Shown here one piece after another: positions 25,560-37,245 of a stretch of DNA of 64,000 nucleotides. The position numbers and the translations under genes are program-made. This stretch comes from Psammoneis japonica. Its lineage: Eukaryota. Location of the stretch: NCBI GenBank assembly GCA_008632985.1, contig QPGO01000012.1, positions 496,001-560,000 of the forward strand, in the 5' to 3' direction. Numbering within the stretch: position 1 is the first letter of the stretch; each line of letters begins with the position of its first letter. The notes below the pieces were generated by a model, which had not been told where the DNA came from, did no database searches, and saw only the letters and a program-made list of their open reading frames with translations.

Positions 25560-28300
25560 AAGCTTCACAAAATGTTGAAGACATCCAAGGTCAAATTGCC
25601 TCCACACAAATCTCTTGCAGTGAGCCAACAGCTTTTTGTTGTCCCCTTGCCTGTGCAACAACAGTGCCTTCCATGCCTTGGAAGCTTGAAGTGGCCCATG
25701 CTTTTTTTCATGCACACCATGTGCAATTCCTTGATCACTGCTGCAGAAGCTTTACAACGTCAGATTTTTTCCAAGCCCTTGTGGCTCTCTCCAAGCTTGC
25801 AACCCTGCTCAATGCAGCCTTGTCACAGTGCTCAGTTACAATGACAAATGTCTTGGCTTTCCTTTCTCAGAGTGTGCCATTTCATTCTTCACATGCCTGT
25901 CATGCTTCTTGCTCCAGATCACCTTCTCTTTTTCATCCCCAGTCTTGAGACACTTTGGCTCAGAACATGCTGTTTCTTGTGAATGCAACACCAGCTGCCA
26001 TGTTGCAGTTCCATGTTTTCTTCCCACATGCTGAGCAACCCTCTCAGCAGTCTCTTCACACTCATTGGCCTTGGCACTGTGAGCTGCAGTGGTGTGCTTG
26101 TGCCCCTTCAGCTCTTCCTTGCCAAGCTTGCTGTCTTTCATCTTAACTCATTTGCCCCTTAGAAACCAGCACTGTCTTTCCAAAGAAGAGGCCAACAATC
26201 TCTTTTCCTGTGACTCCTTCAAACAGAGCAATGAATCTGCTCCAGTCACTCCTTCAATCAGAGCAACAAGTGTGCAACAACTCTGTCAGTTTGGCAAGCT
26301 CAAGCATGTTTGCTCACACTGCCCAAGTTTCAAACATCTTTTGACTTCCCAGCACCAGCCTTTTAAGAGTGACTCCTCACGGACAATGCAGCCCCTGGAG
26401 ACTCCTGTCTGTTGCATGAACCACAAATGCAGTGTGCTCATGGGGTTGCTCTAAAAAGTGACAGAGTTTGTTCTGTGGTGCCCCACACATGCACCACATC
26501 ACACCACACATCTTTCTTCTACTTCAACTGCCAATCATCTGATTGCCATCAACACATGATGTTTTCCAACAACATCAAGGCAAATTTGTCACACCCATCA
26601 CCTCCACCAAGGGCTGTTTGGGATTTGTCAAAATCATCAAGCTGGGCAACTGGCCACCAATGCACTCCCAGCAATTCCTGCAAGTCACACAAGCCCAGCT
26701 GCAAGAACACAAAGAACATCATTTGTCAAAATGCTGTGGCTGCACTGTTCACACTTGCAGATGTCATGAAAATTTGGGTGTGGGTGTGGGCATTGGGCTG
26801 GGGGGACATTGAAAGAATTGTCCACACTGGCACAAAGAATGGGGCACCGTGCTGCCTGGTGGTCATTGTTGCCAGTTGGTCATCTCAGAGAAAACTGCAA
26901 TGCAAAGAAAGAGATCACTTGAAGCAAGCTTTGTTTGCATGTTCCTTGCCATCAACTCATCTCATGTGAAAATCTGCCTGAAAACCAACTTTTCCTCTTC
27001 TTTCCCTCTGAAAAATTTTGCTGAGACTCAGCTTGCTCTCCCTCTCCAGAGCAGCACAAAAACTCAGCTTCTCTCACACTGAAGTGGCAAACTCACCATC
27101 TGCTGATCAGCTCACCACCACAGAACAACAGCTGACTCTTCACCTGCATCATTGTTGGGCTCCCACAAGAAATTGACATCTCATCAGCTGTTTCAACACA
27201 GTGCTCATGCTCCAGGAAGTCAACAAGCACCAATGTTTTTTTTTTTTGCAAGGTCTGCTGGCTCCACAAGTCTGGCTCCTTCACCCACAGCAAAAGAGAA
27301 ACCCTTTTGACTCCCTCTAAACCTTGGCATCATGTGCACAGCCTTTGCTCACCAGGTGTGACTCCAAGGGCCAGTCAAATGCACAATCTTTCTTGCAGAG
27401 CAAACAACTTGCAATTGTCAATCATGTCAGCAATTTGACTTGCTGCTGCTCTCAGCAGAATGAGTGCAAGTTGTGTGGGTCTGCACACACCACATGCTTT
27501 TGTGTTGTGCATCTCCTGCTGTGAGAGTCCTGTGTCACAATCCATTGATGGCACATTGCCAGCTGCGAGTGGCAAAATGCATGCTGCAGAGCACCCATTT
27601 CATCATGTTGTTGGCTCATGCATGAATTGGAAATTCTGTTCCCTTCATTTGTCACAGTGCCTAAAACATGTTTTCCACCACACTTGCGTCAGTCAGCCAG
27701 ATTGCAACATTTTTTTGCTGTGACAAACAGCTCGATCAACTTGTTGAGAGCAGGTGCAAGTTTCAAAATGTGTGTGGTTGTCATGATTTTTTGTTTTTTC
27801 ATGGCTGCACACAAACTCAAAGGCTTGGGCAAAATTCATCACAAGTGTGGCAGTTTTCCCATTCCATCAAATTTTGGTTGCTTTTCACACCCCAGAGGGC
27901 TTGGCACAATGTGGGCACCAGCACAGTGCACCAGTGTGGCATTTTGGGAGGGACAAACATGTGAGATGGAGCTGCATGCACACTTGCAAAAATTGCCAAT
28001 TGAGTTCTTCAAGAGCTGGCTTTGGAGGCTCAGTCTCTTGGGAGCTTTTTTTCATTTTGATGACACAAGTTTTTGATGCTTGGAGCTGATCATTCCTGAG
28101 CAGCATCTCAGCTGTGAGCAACCAGCCAGTCTCATCTCTCCTGTGGCTGGAGCAACAATTTGCACTTTTCACTGTGAGCAATGACTGGCCCATTGAGTCC
28201 AAATGCAACCAATGTTTGAGCCTCAACTCTCTCTGTGTGCTTCTTCAAGCAAGAGTTTCAGCCATCAGCAACAGATTAACCACGCAAATGAGGAGACACC
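25560..28300 (-). mobile_element. Highly decayed retrotransposon fragments
   Basis: gag-like ELKGHK...ETAERVAQHVGRKHG (25836-26141) and pol-like LMEWEN (about 27850); heavily mutated. Confidence 0.4.
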
Positions 28301-28739
28301 AGCATGCAGTGTTCTTTCCAAAGAGGGCTCCAGTTTGTGGAGACAAAAGGGATGTGCCCTTTTCATGACCCAATTTCATGGACACTGAGCCCAATTTGTG
28401 CTCTGCACTCAATTTTGACTGAAGCACTTGCAGAGCTGCAAGCAACAAGAACAGGCTGAAACTTAAAGCACCCCTGTGCTTTTTTAATCACATTGCAGTG
28501 CATGGCTCTTAGCATTAACTGAGTTGGTGTGTCACCAAAAAAAACTGCCTTGAGATTGCACCTCCAATCACATTGCAACATCCCCCTTTTCATTGATTGA
28601 GCTGACAGTGGTGGAGCATCTTTGCCAAACAATTGCCTCGGGCATTTGCAGCAGAATCTGGTCCATTGTCAGAGACAAACCAGTTGAAACAAAAGCACCT
28701 TTTTCTCTCTCTAGTCAAAAAACTCAAGCAATGCTGTTG

Positions 28740-30200
28740 CAACAACAAGGAGGGCACTTTTGTCCCAACCCTTGTTGCATCAAACCACCCGGGGTCATGT
28801 TCCCCACACAGTTTGCTCTGAGGTGTCACCTCAACCACTGCAATGCTGCAGTGGATGAGTCCAGTTTGGCTTTGGAAGAATCTTCTTCACCTCTGCCCAT
28901 CAGGCATGTGGGCCGAGATGTTTCCTCAGACAATGGCAATGAAGAGAATGCACTCATGCAAGAGGAAACCCTTCCTGAGGGCAACTCCTTCACAACAGAC
29001 ATTGATGAGGGGGGTGACGATGCATTTCTTGGCACCCAGCACATTCAGAACATTGACAAGAGAGAGAGCGTTTCCCCTTCCACGCAACAAGGTTCATCCC
29101 CTCCCCAGCCAGAGCTTTGTTGCTCCAGAAAGATTGCCTCCAACCAAAGAGGCCAGAACAAACCACTGGCTCATTTCAATTTGGCAGAGGAAACTTGGCT
29201 TGGCCCCAACAGAGTGTCATCCGTTTCCTCTGTGGACAGGACTGTGACACAAACTGCAAAAGATGCATTCCAGCTCCAGGTGGGACTCCGCTTGACATTG
29301 GGCCCGCAGAATTCTGCATGCCAGCTGCACAGCAAAATTGTCAAGCAACAAAAATGTGAATGATCGCCAACAGAAAAAGAGGCAATTTTGTGAATGCATC
29401 TCCTCCTTCACACTTGAAGCACATCATTGACAGTTTGCCCAGGTGTGGTTCGCAGATGTCAAAGAATGCACCCGGCCCATTTTCATTCTCCTGAGTGTTG
29501 AAAATGGAAAGCCTTTGGCTTCGCAAAACAGGTGGCATATGAAACAATTTCATAGAAATTCACACGCAGATGTGTGCGTGCACGACATGTGGTGTGATGA
29601 AAAAAACTCTTGATGTCACAGCTTGGCAGTGCAAGGTCCTGCCTGGAGCTGGAGCGCATCGAAAATGCTTTGGCGCCCATTGAGTTTCTTCCTCCACCCC
29701 CTCAGATGGCAAAGAGGAGGATGACATCATTGACGAAGGTTGGGCTCAACCCCAGTGTTCTGATGCAGTTCATGACTGCTTTTTTGCCGCCTGACGACAC
29801 AGAAGAGGTTGCTTGGTTCCTCCCTCACATGGAGCTCACAACACAAATGACAATGCCTGGCTTGTCATCTGAGCCAAGGTGCAGCACACTGTTGACCCAA
29901 GTGTTGCTTTCCAAGAACGAGAAGCATTTGTCGAAACTGCTGTGCACTTGCGACAACATGCATGCTCCGAAAAGATGCTTCCGAGACGTGTTGGACTGGG
30001 CACGCAATGCCAGCGATGACCAACTCGATTTCACCTGCTTCTCGGGCGACAAAGACAAGTTCGTCAATCAGCTTCAGGGCACGTTCCGCCTGCCTCCACC
30101 CACCACCGTTTGCATCGCACAAGAACATGCTGGAGGAACGCCGCTTCATCTGCGCTCTCCGTGGACGTTGTTGTTTGGGACGCGGCATCTCAGACTGTAG
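28740..30200 (+). mobile_element. Decayed transposon-like ORF (possibly Plavaka-like N-terminus)
   Basis: Zn-finger-like CPNPCC...F...L..H and LSKLLCTCDNMHAPKRCFRDVLDWA segment; the family call is from recall only. Confidence 0.3.
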
Positions 30201-31038
30201 GACAAACAGTGGGATGACCCCCCTTAATTAAAAATGACGTAACATAGGAGTTTAAAAGCAACAATTATTGTTCGCGCGAGGTACACAGGGCACTGGTAAT
30301 GTCACGACACACACACTTCCGATGCGAACCCATCGCATCATAAATGTTCTGGAACATTTATCATTTGGTCCTTATATGCCCTAGAACATTTAACATCTAG
30401 ACCATAAATGTTCAATTCTAACCGAGTCTCAAACTATTGCCGTTTCGTGTCCGACCCGCAAATTACTCCCACAACTTTCCGTTCGATGCGAGATGTACTA
30501 AGTAGTCTTCCGTCGTATGCCTTTCAACTCTCCATTTATGTTATTCGTACGAAACTCAAACAAGAGAGGAAGCAAAGAAGAAGCAAATCAAAGCAGCTCA
30601 AGAAACAAAGAAAGAAGAGTCTGATACAAAGGTGCGTGATGCGGCGCCGACTCGGTTTGCATTGTTTGTTGATGACTTTCGTCGTGGTCAAAGGTCTCGT
30701 CCAGTCGGTTTCGACTGGTTTCACCTTGTCGTCCTGACATGATGTGCGGTCGACGGGAATGCTGTGAATTTTGCAATTTCAACCACCAGTCGGAAGAATC
30801 TTCATTTTGTTATTGTGACGGCTGCATGTGCTGTAGCACATGGTTCTCCATGCTGTGCATTGCATTGTTGTGGATTGTTTGTTGCTGTCGCCATTTCTGT
30901 TGTTGAGGGATGAGAACACTGTTTGATGATCTGAGGGGTGTTCGCATCCATTGATCTTCGCTGTGTCTGGCACTATCATACACACGCGTAACTCACTCCC
31001 AAACCTCCCACTCTCAACACCTCCTCTTTACAGCCCCG

Positions 31039-33495
31039 ATGAAGCTATCAGCATTCATCCTCGCCCTGTTCCTGTCCCTGTCGACCTGCACCTCGCAGAA
31101 GCTCATCCGCAGCTTCGACACCTGCAGCGAGATCAACAACTACTACATCAACAAAGTGTTGCCGCTTGTCGGTTCGTCTGGCCTCACCTCAACGAATGCC
31201 TACACGCAGACGCGAGAACCGACACATGCCGGGAAGGCAGGAAGACCTGGCGGTCCTGCTTGGCTGCGTCTCTACAAGCCGTTCACCGACCCTAAATTGA
31301 TCGAGTCGGGAAACATCACCTTTGGCGGTATATTCGATCCATCAGATGAAGACGAAGAAGAAGGAAAGAAGGAGGGCAAGGACTTCTCGGGCACCAACGT
31401 CCAGGTTAAGGGTGTCGACGAGGCCGACATCATCAAGACAGATGGCGAGAACGTTTACACGATCTCTGGCAGAAAGCTCTCGGTAATCAAGGTCCTCAAC
31501 AACGGAGGGGGTGGGACAGTTACTGGCTCACTCCGACTGCCCACCTACCCTGACGACATGCTGCTCGAAAAGAACTTTGTCGTTGTCATTGGTCGTGACA
31601 ACACCTACACACGCCAGGTTCACCAACGTTACCGGCGCCATCCATCGGTCGGTGAGGACTCGACTGTGTTGTACCAGATCGCTGTCAGGAGAAACGGCAA
31701 GCCGAAGCTGGTTTCAACGCTTCATCTCGAAGGAGCGTACGTCAAGGCGCGCGAAACAAAAGGCATTGCCCGCATCGTGATCAAATATAACCCGTTGAAT
31801 TCCATCTGGCTGTACACCCCCACCGACGAATTCAAATCGGATCAAACACTCAAGTGGAACAAAGAGATCATCGAATACTCACGCCCCGGAAACTGGCTAC
31901 CGACATACAAGCTTATAAAGGGGAAGCAGAAACAGGTCGGCGTGTACGCGTCATGCAGTGACCTGTACTACTCGCCAGACGTGTTTTCAGGTTTTTCCCT
32001 CCTCTTGGTGGTGACGCTGCCGCTCAACCAACTCATGACGCCAGCATCATCAGCCTCAATTATCTCGGATGCTGAAGCTTTGTACGTGACCAAGCAGTCC
32101 ATGTACGTTACGACTAGCGAGTTCCACTTTGGCGATCTGTCTGACAGCAATCTCCGCTGGGGCGAGGGCTACAAGACAAGTATCCACCGCTTCAGCCTGA
32201 GTGACGAGGGCGCGGCGTACCAGGCAAGTGGTCAAATCACAGGCAGTGTGCTCAACCGATTCAGTATGCACGAGCACCGTGGCTACTTTTTCATTGCATC
32301 GACCGTCGGTGCACCGTGGTGGAGCAGGCGGTCGCTCAGCGCGAGCAAGGTCATCTCATTCAAGATTGACGACGACAACCGCGTGCTGCAGGAGGTCGGC
32401 ATGGTTGGCAACCTTGGGCTTGGCGAGCGCATCTTCGCGGTGCGATATCACAAAGACATTGCATACGTCGTGACGTTCGAGGAGACGGATCCGCTGTACA
32501 TCATCGATCTGTCAGATCCTGAGAACCTCCGGGTCAGCGGAGAGCTCAAGATTCCTGGCTTCAGCACGTACCTTCACCGAATGGAGCCGGGCAGAGTGCT
32601 CGGTGTCGGAAAGGACGTGTCAAGTTCGGGCGCAATCTCGGGCACAAAGGTGTCGCTGTTCGACGTGAGCGATGAAACAATCCCAAAGGAAGTGGCAGTG
32701 TGGACGCTACAGGGAAGCTACTCCAACGCGGAGTGGGATAACCGGGCGTTCTTGTACTGGAGAAAGAGTAAACTCGCAATTATGCCCGTTGTGGTAACCG
32801 AAGATGGAACGGTGTTCAGCGGAGCCATTGTTCTCAAAATTGCGAAAAAGGAGATCTATGAGGTCGGGCGTATCCAGCACTTTATTCCTGGAAGCGATTA
32901 CCATCCGCGAATCCTGAGAAACATCGTGATTGAATCATTCTTGTGGTCCATGTCGACTCAGCAGCTCCAAATCAATGCGCTGGATAACATCAAACAGCAG
33001 AAAAGCACGGTTGATATTGCAGACACTGCAGTCCTGCGAGTGGCATCTCTGGAGGGGCTGCAGCTATTTTCGTCGTATACTTGGCCAGCATTGGCAAGAG
33101 ATTTGGACACCGGAACACAATTTCTCACAGAGAAGGTCGGGTACAGCTGCCCCACGGGGAACAACGGAAAATACATTAGGTTCTCAGGAGACAATACCAG
33201 TGAGGAAGGAAATGAGGATGTGACGGTATTCCTCGGAAAGGCACTTGCAGACAAGAAACTTACGGATAAAGCAGAGGTGCTGTTTAACGCAGGATGGTAT
33301 GGCCAACAGTTCAAAGGCGAGGCTACCCTAACTTTGAAGTTGGTCAAGTCATCGACTGGAAAGGTCATCAAAGGCAGTGAATTAATGCTTCCGATCAACC
33401 CAGGAGCGCAAAGTGGTTGTTCGAACACGCTGGTGGCGACGCTTACAGTCGAGCTCGGATCTGACGACGTCACGCTCACTTTGAGAAACACATAA
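31039..33495 (+). CDS. Secreted beta-propeller-domain protein (Beta_propel / COG4880 type) with extra C-terminal domain
   Basis: 818-aa intronless ORF; signal peptide MKLSAFILALFLSL; motifs FSGTNVQVKGVDEADIIKTDG, GERIFAVRY, VVTFEETDPL, GELKIPGFSTYLH. Confidence 0.9.
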   Translation: MKLSAFILALFLSLSTCTSQKLIRSFDTCSEINNYYINKVLPLVGSSGLTSTNAYTQTREPTHAGKAGRPGGPAWLRLYKPFTDPKLIESGNITFGGIFDPSDEDEEEGKKEGKDFSGTNVQVKGVDEADIIKTDGENVYTISGRKLSVIKVLNNGGGGTVTGSLRLPTYPDDMLLEKNFVVVIGRDNTYTRQVHQRYRRHPSVGEDSTVLYQIAVRRNGKPKLVSTLHLEGAYVKARETKGIARIVIKYNPLNSIWLYTPTDEFKSDQTLKWNKEIIEYSRPGNWLPTYKLIKGKQKQVGVYASCSDLYYSPDVFSGFSLLLVVTLPLNQLMTPASSASIISDAEALYVTKQSMYVTTSEFHFGDLSDSNLRWGEGYKTSIHRFSLSDEGAAYQASGQITGSVLNRFSMHEHRGYFFIASTVGAPWWSRRSLSASKVISFKIDDDNRVLQEVGMVGNLGLGERIFAVRYHKDIAYVVTFEETDPLYIIDLSDPENLRVSGELKIPGFSTYLHRMEPGRVLGVGKDVSSSGAISGTKVSLFDVSDETIPKEVAVWTLQGSYSNAEWDNRAFLYWRKSKLAIMPVVVTEDGTVFSGAIVLKIAKKEIYEVGRIQHFIPGSDYHPRILRNIVIESFLWSMSTQQLQINALDNIKQQKSTVDIADTAVLRVASLEGLQLFSSYTWPALARDLDTGTQFLTEKVGYSCPTGNNGKYIRFSGDNTSEEGNEDVTVFLGKALADKKLTDKAEVLFNAGWYGQQFKGEATLTLKLVKSSTGKVIKGSELMLPINPGAQSGCSNTLVATLTVELGSDDVTLTLRNT

Positions 33496-34127
33496 ACAGC
33501 TTGAAAGCCTGCAGATGTTTCGCGTTCTGCGTCAAGACATCAAAATCCGAATAAATATCAAACATGTGAGGCAGGACGAGTTTTAGAAGTAGTTTTTTTA
33601 CACGTACATAGATCACAATTAAAGCAACGAGACTTTGTAAATTACCCCAAAGACTTGGACGTACCCAGAGATCAATCTAGATTTGCGCATTCTGTTCATA
33701 TATCTTTTCTGAAAAGACAATGCAAAATCGGCTTTTTGGATTCGTCTGTAGATTCGGGCACGAGAAGCAATTTGACGGGAATTTAGAAATGTCACGCGAG
33801 GTCCAGCTACAGTGCATAGTTTAGAAGAACGAGCATGTCGCTCAGCGGGTCAATTCATTACAATCCACAATCGACACCGTCACCAATTGCTGAGGATGCG
33901 TGATGTGGCATTACGGTGCTTGTTCGCATGTTCCTCAAGAATGCAACGATCTGGCACCACATCGCTTCGACCATGTTGATTCTCATCAAAACCCATCTTT
34001 AACACAAAGAAAGCTCACCTGCCACGAGTGACATTGTCTCAAACCTGAATCTCCTGAAGATCTCGTAGCGGATTCATTGTTTCATGCATCCAGCCCAACA
34101 AAATGTAGCCGCTCACGACATCTTGAA

Positions 34128-34355
34128 TGACTTGTGCCAACGTGAGTGCACTCCACCCTCGAGTCGTTCCATTGTTTGACAACACTTTTCAAAATGCGCG
34201 TCACATTGAAGCGACGAGCGACATCCAACATGGTGAGCCAACAGGTGTCGGCGTGTTTGGTGTTTTCTTCCAAGGCCCACTTGAGTGCAACATGAGTTGG
34301 ACCCACACCGGCAGCCTTCCACACCTCAATGAGATGCTTCCAAATCTCCGCCCAT
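34128..34355 (-). pseudogene. Fragment of a eukaryotic/archaeal-type tyrosyl-tRNA synthetase gene
   Basis: After an AG acceptor: MGGDL...KHLIEVWKAAG...DTCWLTMLDVARRFNVTRI..KCCQTMERLEG..LTLAQV, matching TyrRS MGGDL..YLIEVWKA...YW...DIAR....RI..CCQIMGR...LTAAQ; contains indels. Confidence 0.7.
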
Positions 34356-35059
34356 CTGCACACAGTGGAGACACACACAGCATGTTGGAAAATGAAATGA
34401 GAGGAAATCACAACAATGCAACAATGCGTTTCATTTTCTTTTTTTGTTCATTTCGTTTTACCTCACCATGCATGAGAGCGCACTGGTCGGCAACCCAAAA
34501 AGCAAAGGTCGAGTTGGTTCCATTCTGCGGTGCATCAAAGCATGCTTCGCTGGCCCAACTGGTTGCAATTTTCTCTCATCATTGCTTGTGGCAGGTGTGG
34601 CGGTGTTGCTGTGTAACAGCAGCTAGCTGGCAGTCCAGGTCTTACAAGGCGTTGGATGCATTGCACCGGCATGCAGTCTACGTGTTTTTTTGTGCGTGCA
34701 AATTGCAGTGGGATCAACCCCAAACGCGACGCACTGGCGATCAGACCGCCTTCGACGATCTCACTGCGCTGCCAAAGACCCCCCCCCAAGCCAAGTTGCT
34801 GGCTGAAGAATCTTGGCGTGATGGAATTTGCACTGGAAGAGTCTGTTAATCTGTGCGTTGTGGTGGGGGGTTTTGGTGAACGCAGGACAGAATCGACGTC
34901 TTTTACGTGCGTAAAAATTGCACTGGCAAAACCCCCAAATGCACTGACAGGCAGACTTTTTCCAGCCAGCAGCTGCTGGCTGGAGACGTCCCCCCAGGTG
35001 ACGTCCCCCCAGATCGTCGGCATCTCTGGGGCATTCGATCGCACAAGGAAGCGGTCAGC

Positions 35060-35180
35060 AAGACAGCCCTTGCTTGCTCCTTTGGGCTTTGGGGTCACAG
35101 CCCTCGCTTGCTCCTTTGGGCTTTGGGGTCACAAACGGCACAGCTCCTCCTGCAGCCAACCAGCCCTTGCTTGCTCCTTC
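35060..35180 (+). repeat. About 34-bp tandem repeat (cagcccttgcttgctcctttgggctttgggg), resumed at 43669-43720
   Basis: Units at about 35063, 35097 and 35161; the last is interrupted by the LTR element and continues after it. Confidence 0.8.
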
Positions 35181-35873
35181 TGTTGGAAATGGCGAATTAA
35201 AAGTTCAAACACCAAAGTTAGACAGCGTGAAGAAGACGTACGCTTCAGTGCTCATGTGCTCCACGTGAAGCACCAAAACAGCCGATGGAAGCAGTCGTTG
35301 TTCTCTTTTGACTCTTGGAAAGTGTTGTGACAACAAGCTTGTCTATTTTGGCCTCAGGATCAGACCTCAGAGGACTGAGGTGGCTCTGGAATGGTCGCCA
35401 GAAGGACAAACCACAACAGTTAAAAGAGAACAATCCAGCCAAGAGCTGTGAAAAGAAAGTGAGAAAGAAAAGAGTCGTTCTCACAGTGTGCAAGACATTT
35501 TGCTGCTTTGCCTTTTTGTCACAAGTGGAAGAGGCAGAGGTGGAACTGGCAACAGAAGCCAAGGAAGAGGACCCTCAGGAAGGGGAAACAAGAGTGGCAA
35601 GCAAAGCCACAAGGGCATCAATGATTGTGTGTGCTGTGTTGGAAGTGCCAAGCAAGCATCTGATTTTCAGATTGCTGCTGAGTTCATCATCAACTGCATC
35701 AAGAAGACTTGTGAGTTTGGAAACGACATTGCAACTGCACTCAACACTTGCACTCCATGTGACATGAGTTCTAAAAAGCCGACTTTGCAGGTGAGCTTGA
35801 CTGGAGATGACAAGGTGGGCATGCAATTGAACAAACCGCATGAAATTGAGTTCAAGAAAGAATTTGATGCTCA

Positions 35874-37232
35874 TGCATGCATCGTGAATCGTGCACGCAC
35901 TTCTGCCGTGTTCGCTGCGTGGGGGTCCGCCGGGCCCACCAAGCCTTCAGGGTGCGCCGTGATCTCCGTGGCCATCCCGGCGTCATCCGAGAGTCCTGCC
36001 ATGGGCACATGCGTGGGTGCCTTTGCAAATTACCCTGATCTTCCCGCCTTCTGGCAGTGGAACGCATGCCATTGCAATGACAAGCCGGGGGTCGCAACAT
36101 CCTGCAGTCTGACCCCCAACTCAGTGACAGAGAGGCGTTTCCTCGGCAACTTTGATGCTCCACCCAGTGTTGCCCATGAGTTTGAAGGGAGGTCACTCAT
36201 GCATCTTCGGCAATGCACGTCTCGTCAGGAAGGCCTGTGCACACACAGGTGGACCTCAGACACGAGTTCAGGACATCCACGCAGTGACTGTCGTCTGTGT
36301 CATCCTCCTCCACGTCCTCAAACTCAGCGCACTCAGCGGCCAAAGTTCTTGGTCAGGACAAATGCACCAGCGGCGGCAAGGCCCATCTCTTCCGGAGGGT
36401 ACGGTGCCACCGCAACTGGTTGGCGACCAGGTCCCCGGCTCTGGGGCATGGGCATTTCCGTCCCAAGGCTGAGCGGGTCCAATGACGGTGGCAGGGTGGG
36501 TTGAAACGCGATGGTGCACTTGAACCGTCCCTTCATCCGGCGCGCCCTGCACATGGCTGCGGCGTGTTAACGCCATCGGTGCATTGTGCTCGGATGCCGC
36601 AGACACCCTCTGCGCCAGGGCTTGTGGGTTGTGGCATGATGGGCCTTGCACACGGGCAGCAAAATCAATCATGGGCTCAGCATGGACTCCTTGGTGTGGG
36701 TCCTTGTTGTTTGCCATGAAGTGATCGTGGTGCGTCCTGAGGTTTCCCTGTTGTGGGACCTGGGCTGTGCCGGCTTGCTGTGCTGGTTGGGCAGCTGCCT
36801 GTGGCTGTGTGCCCGGCACCCCTTGTGGCGCTTGGCCCGTGGGTGCACCCAGTGGTGGCTGGGCCGGTTGTCCTGCTGGTGGCACAGGGTGCACCGGCAG
36901 AGGCGGCATGTTCGACGGTGGTTGTGGTGGTTGCCCGGCCGGGCGGTTGCCCGCCCCCTTGGTTCACGGCGTTTGGTGGCTGGTTGTTCACACTGCGTGT
37001 TGCGTCGACTTCTTTCTGTGACAGGGCAAAGACGGCGGAGGTGTCCTGCATCGCGGTCTTATGGCGATTAAACTGTGCTGACAACAGCGGCTTGTCTTTG
37101 TCAATCTTGAAAGAATGAGACAAGCCAGTGATCGAGGAAAAACAACAACCCAACCTTTGCAGCACGTTCAACGTGCGTGCGTGGTTCAACAGGTGATGGG
37201 TCTTCTCCCCGATTCTGGCACTGGATGAGGAC
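35874..37232 (-). other. Foreign 1.36-kb insert with a Pro/Gln/Ala-rich ORF remnant inside the outer element
   Basis: No similarity to the inner element. Minus-strand ORF 36268-36909 continues in other frames. Junctions at ...gatgctca| and |agtcggcagtgtc. Confidence 0.6.
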
Positions 37233-37245
37233 AGTCGGCAGTGTC

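Noticed and set aside
35060..35180. CRISPR-like array
   Set aside because: Adjacent tandem units without unique spacers, no cas genes, eukaryotic context.
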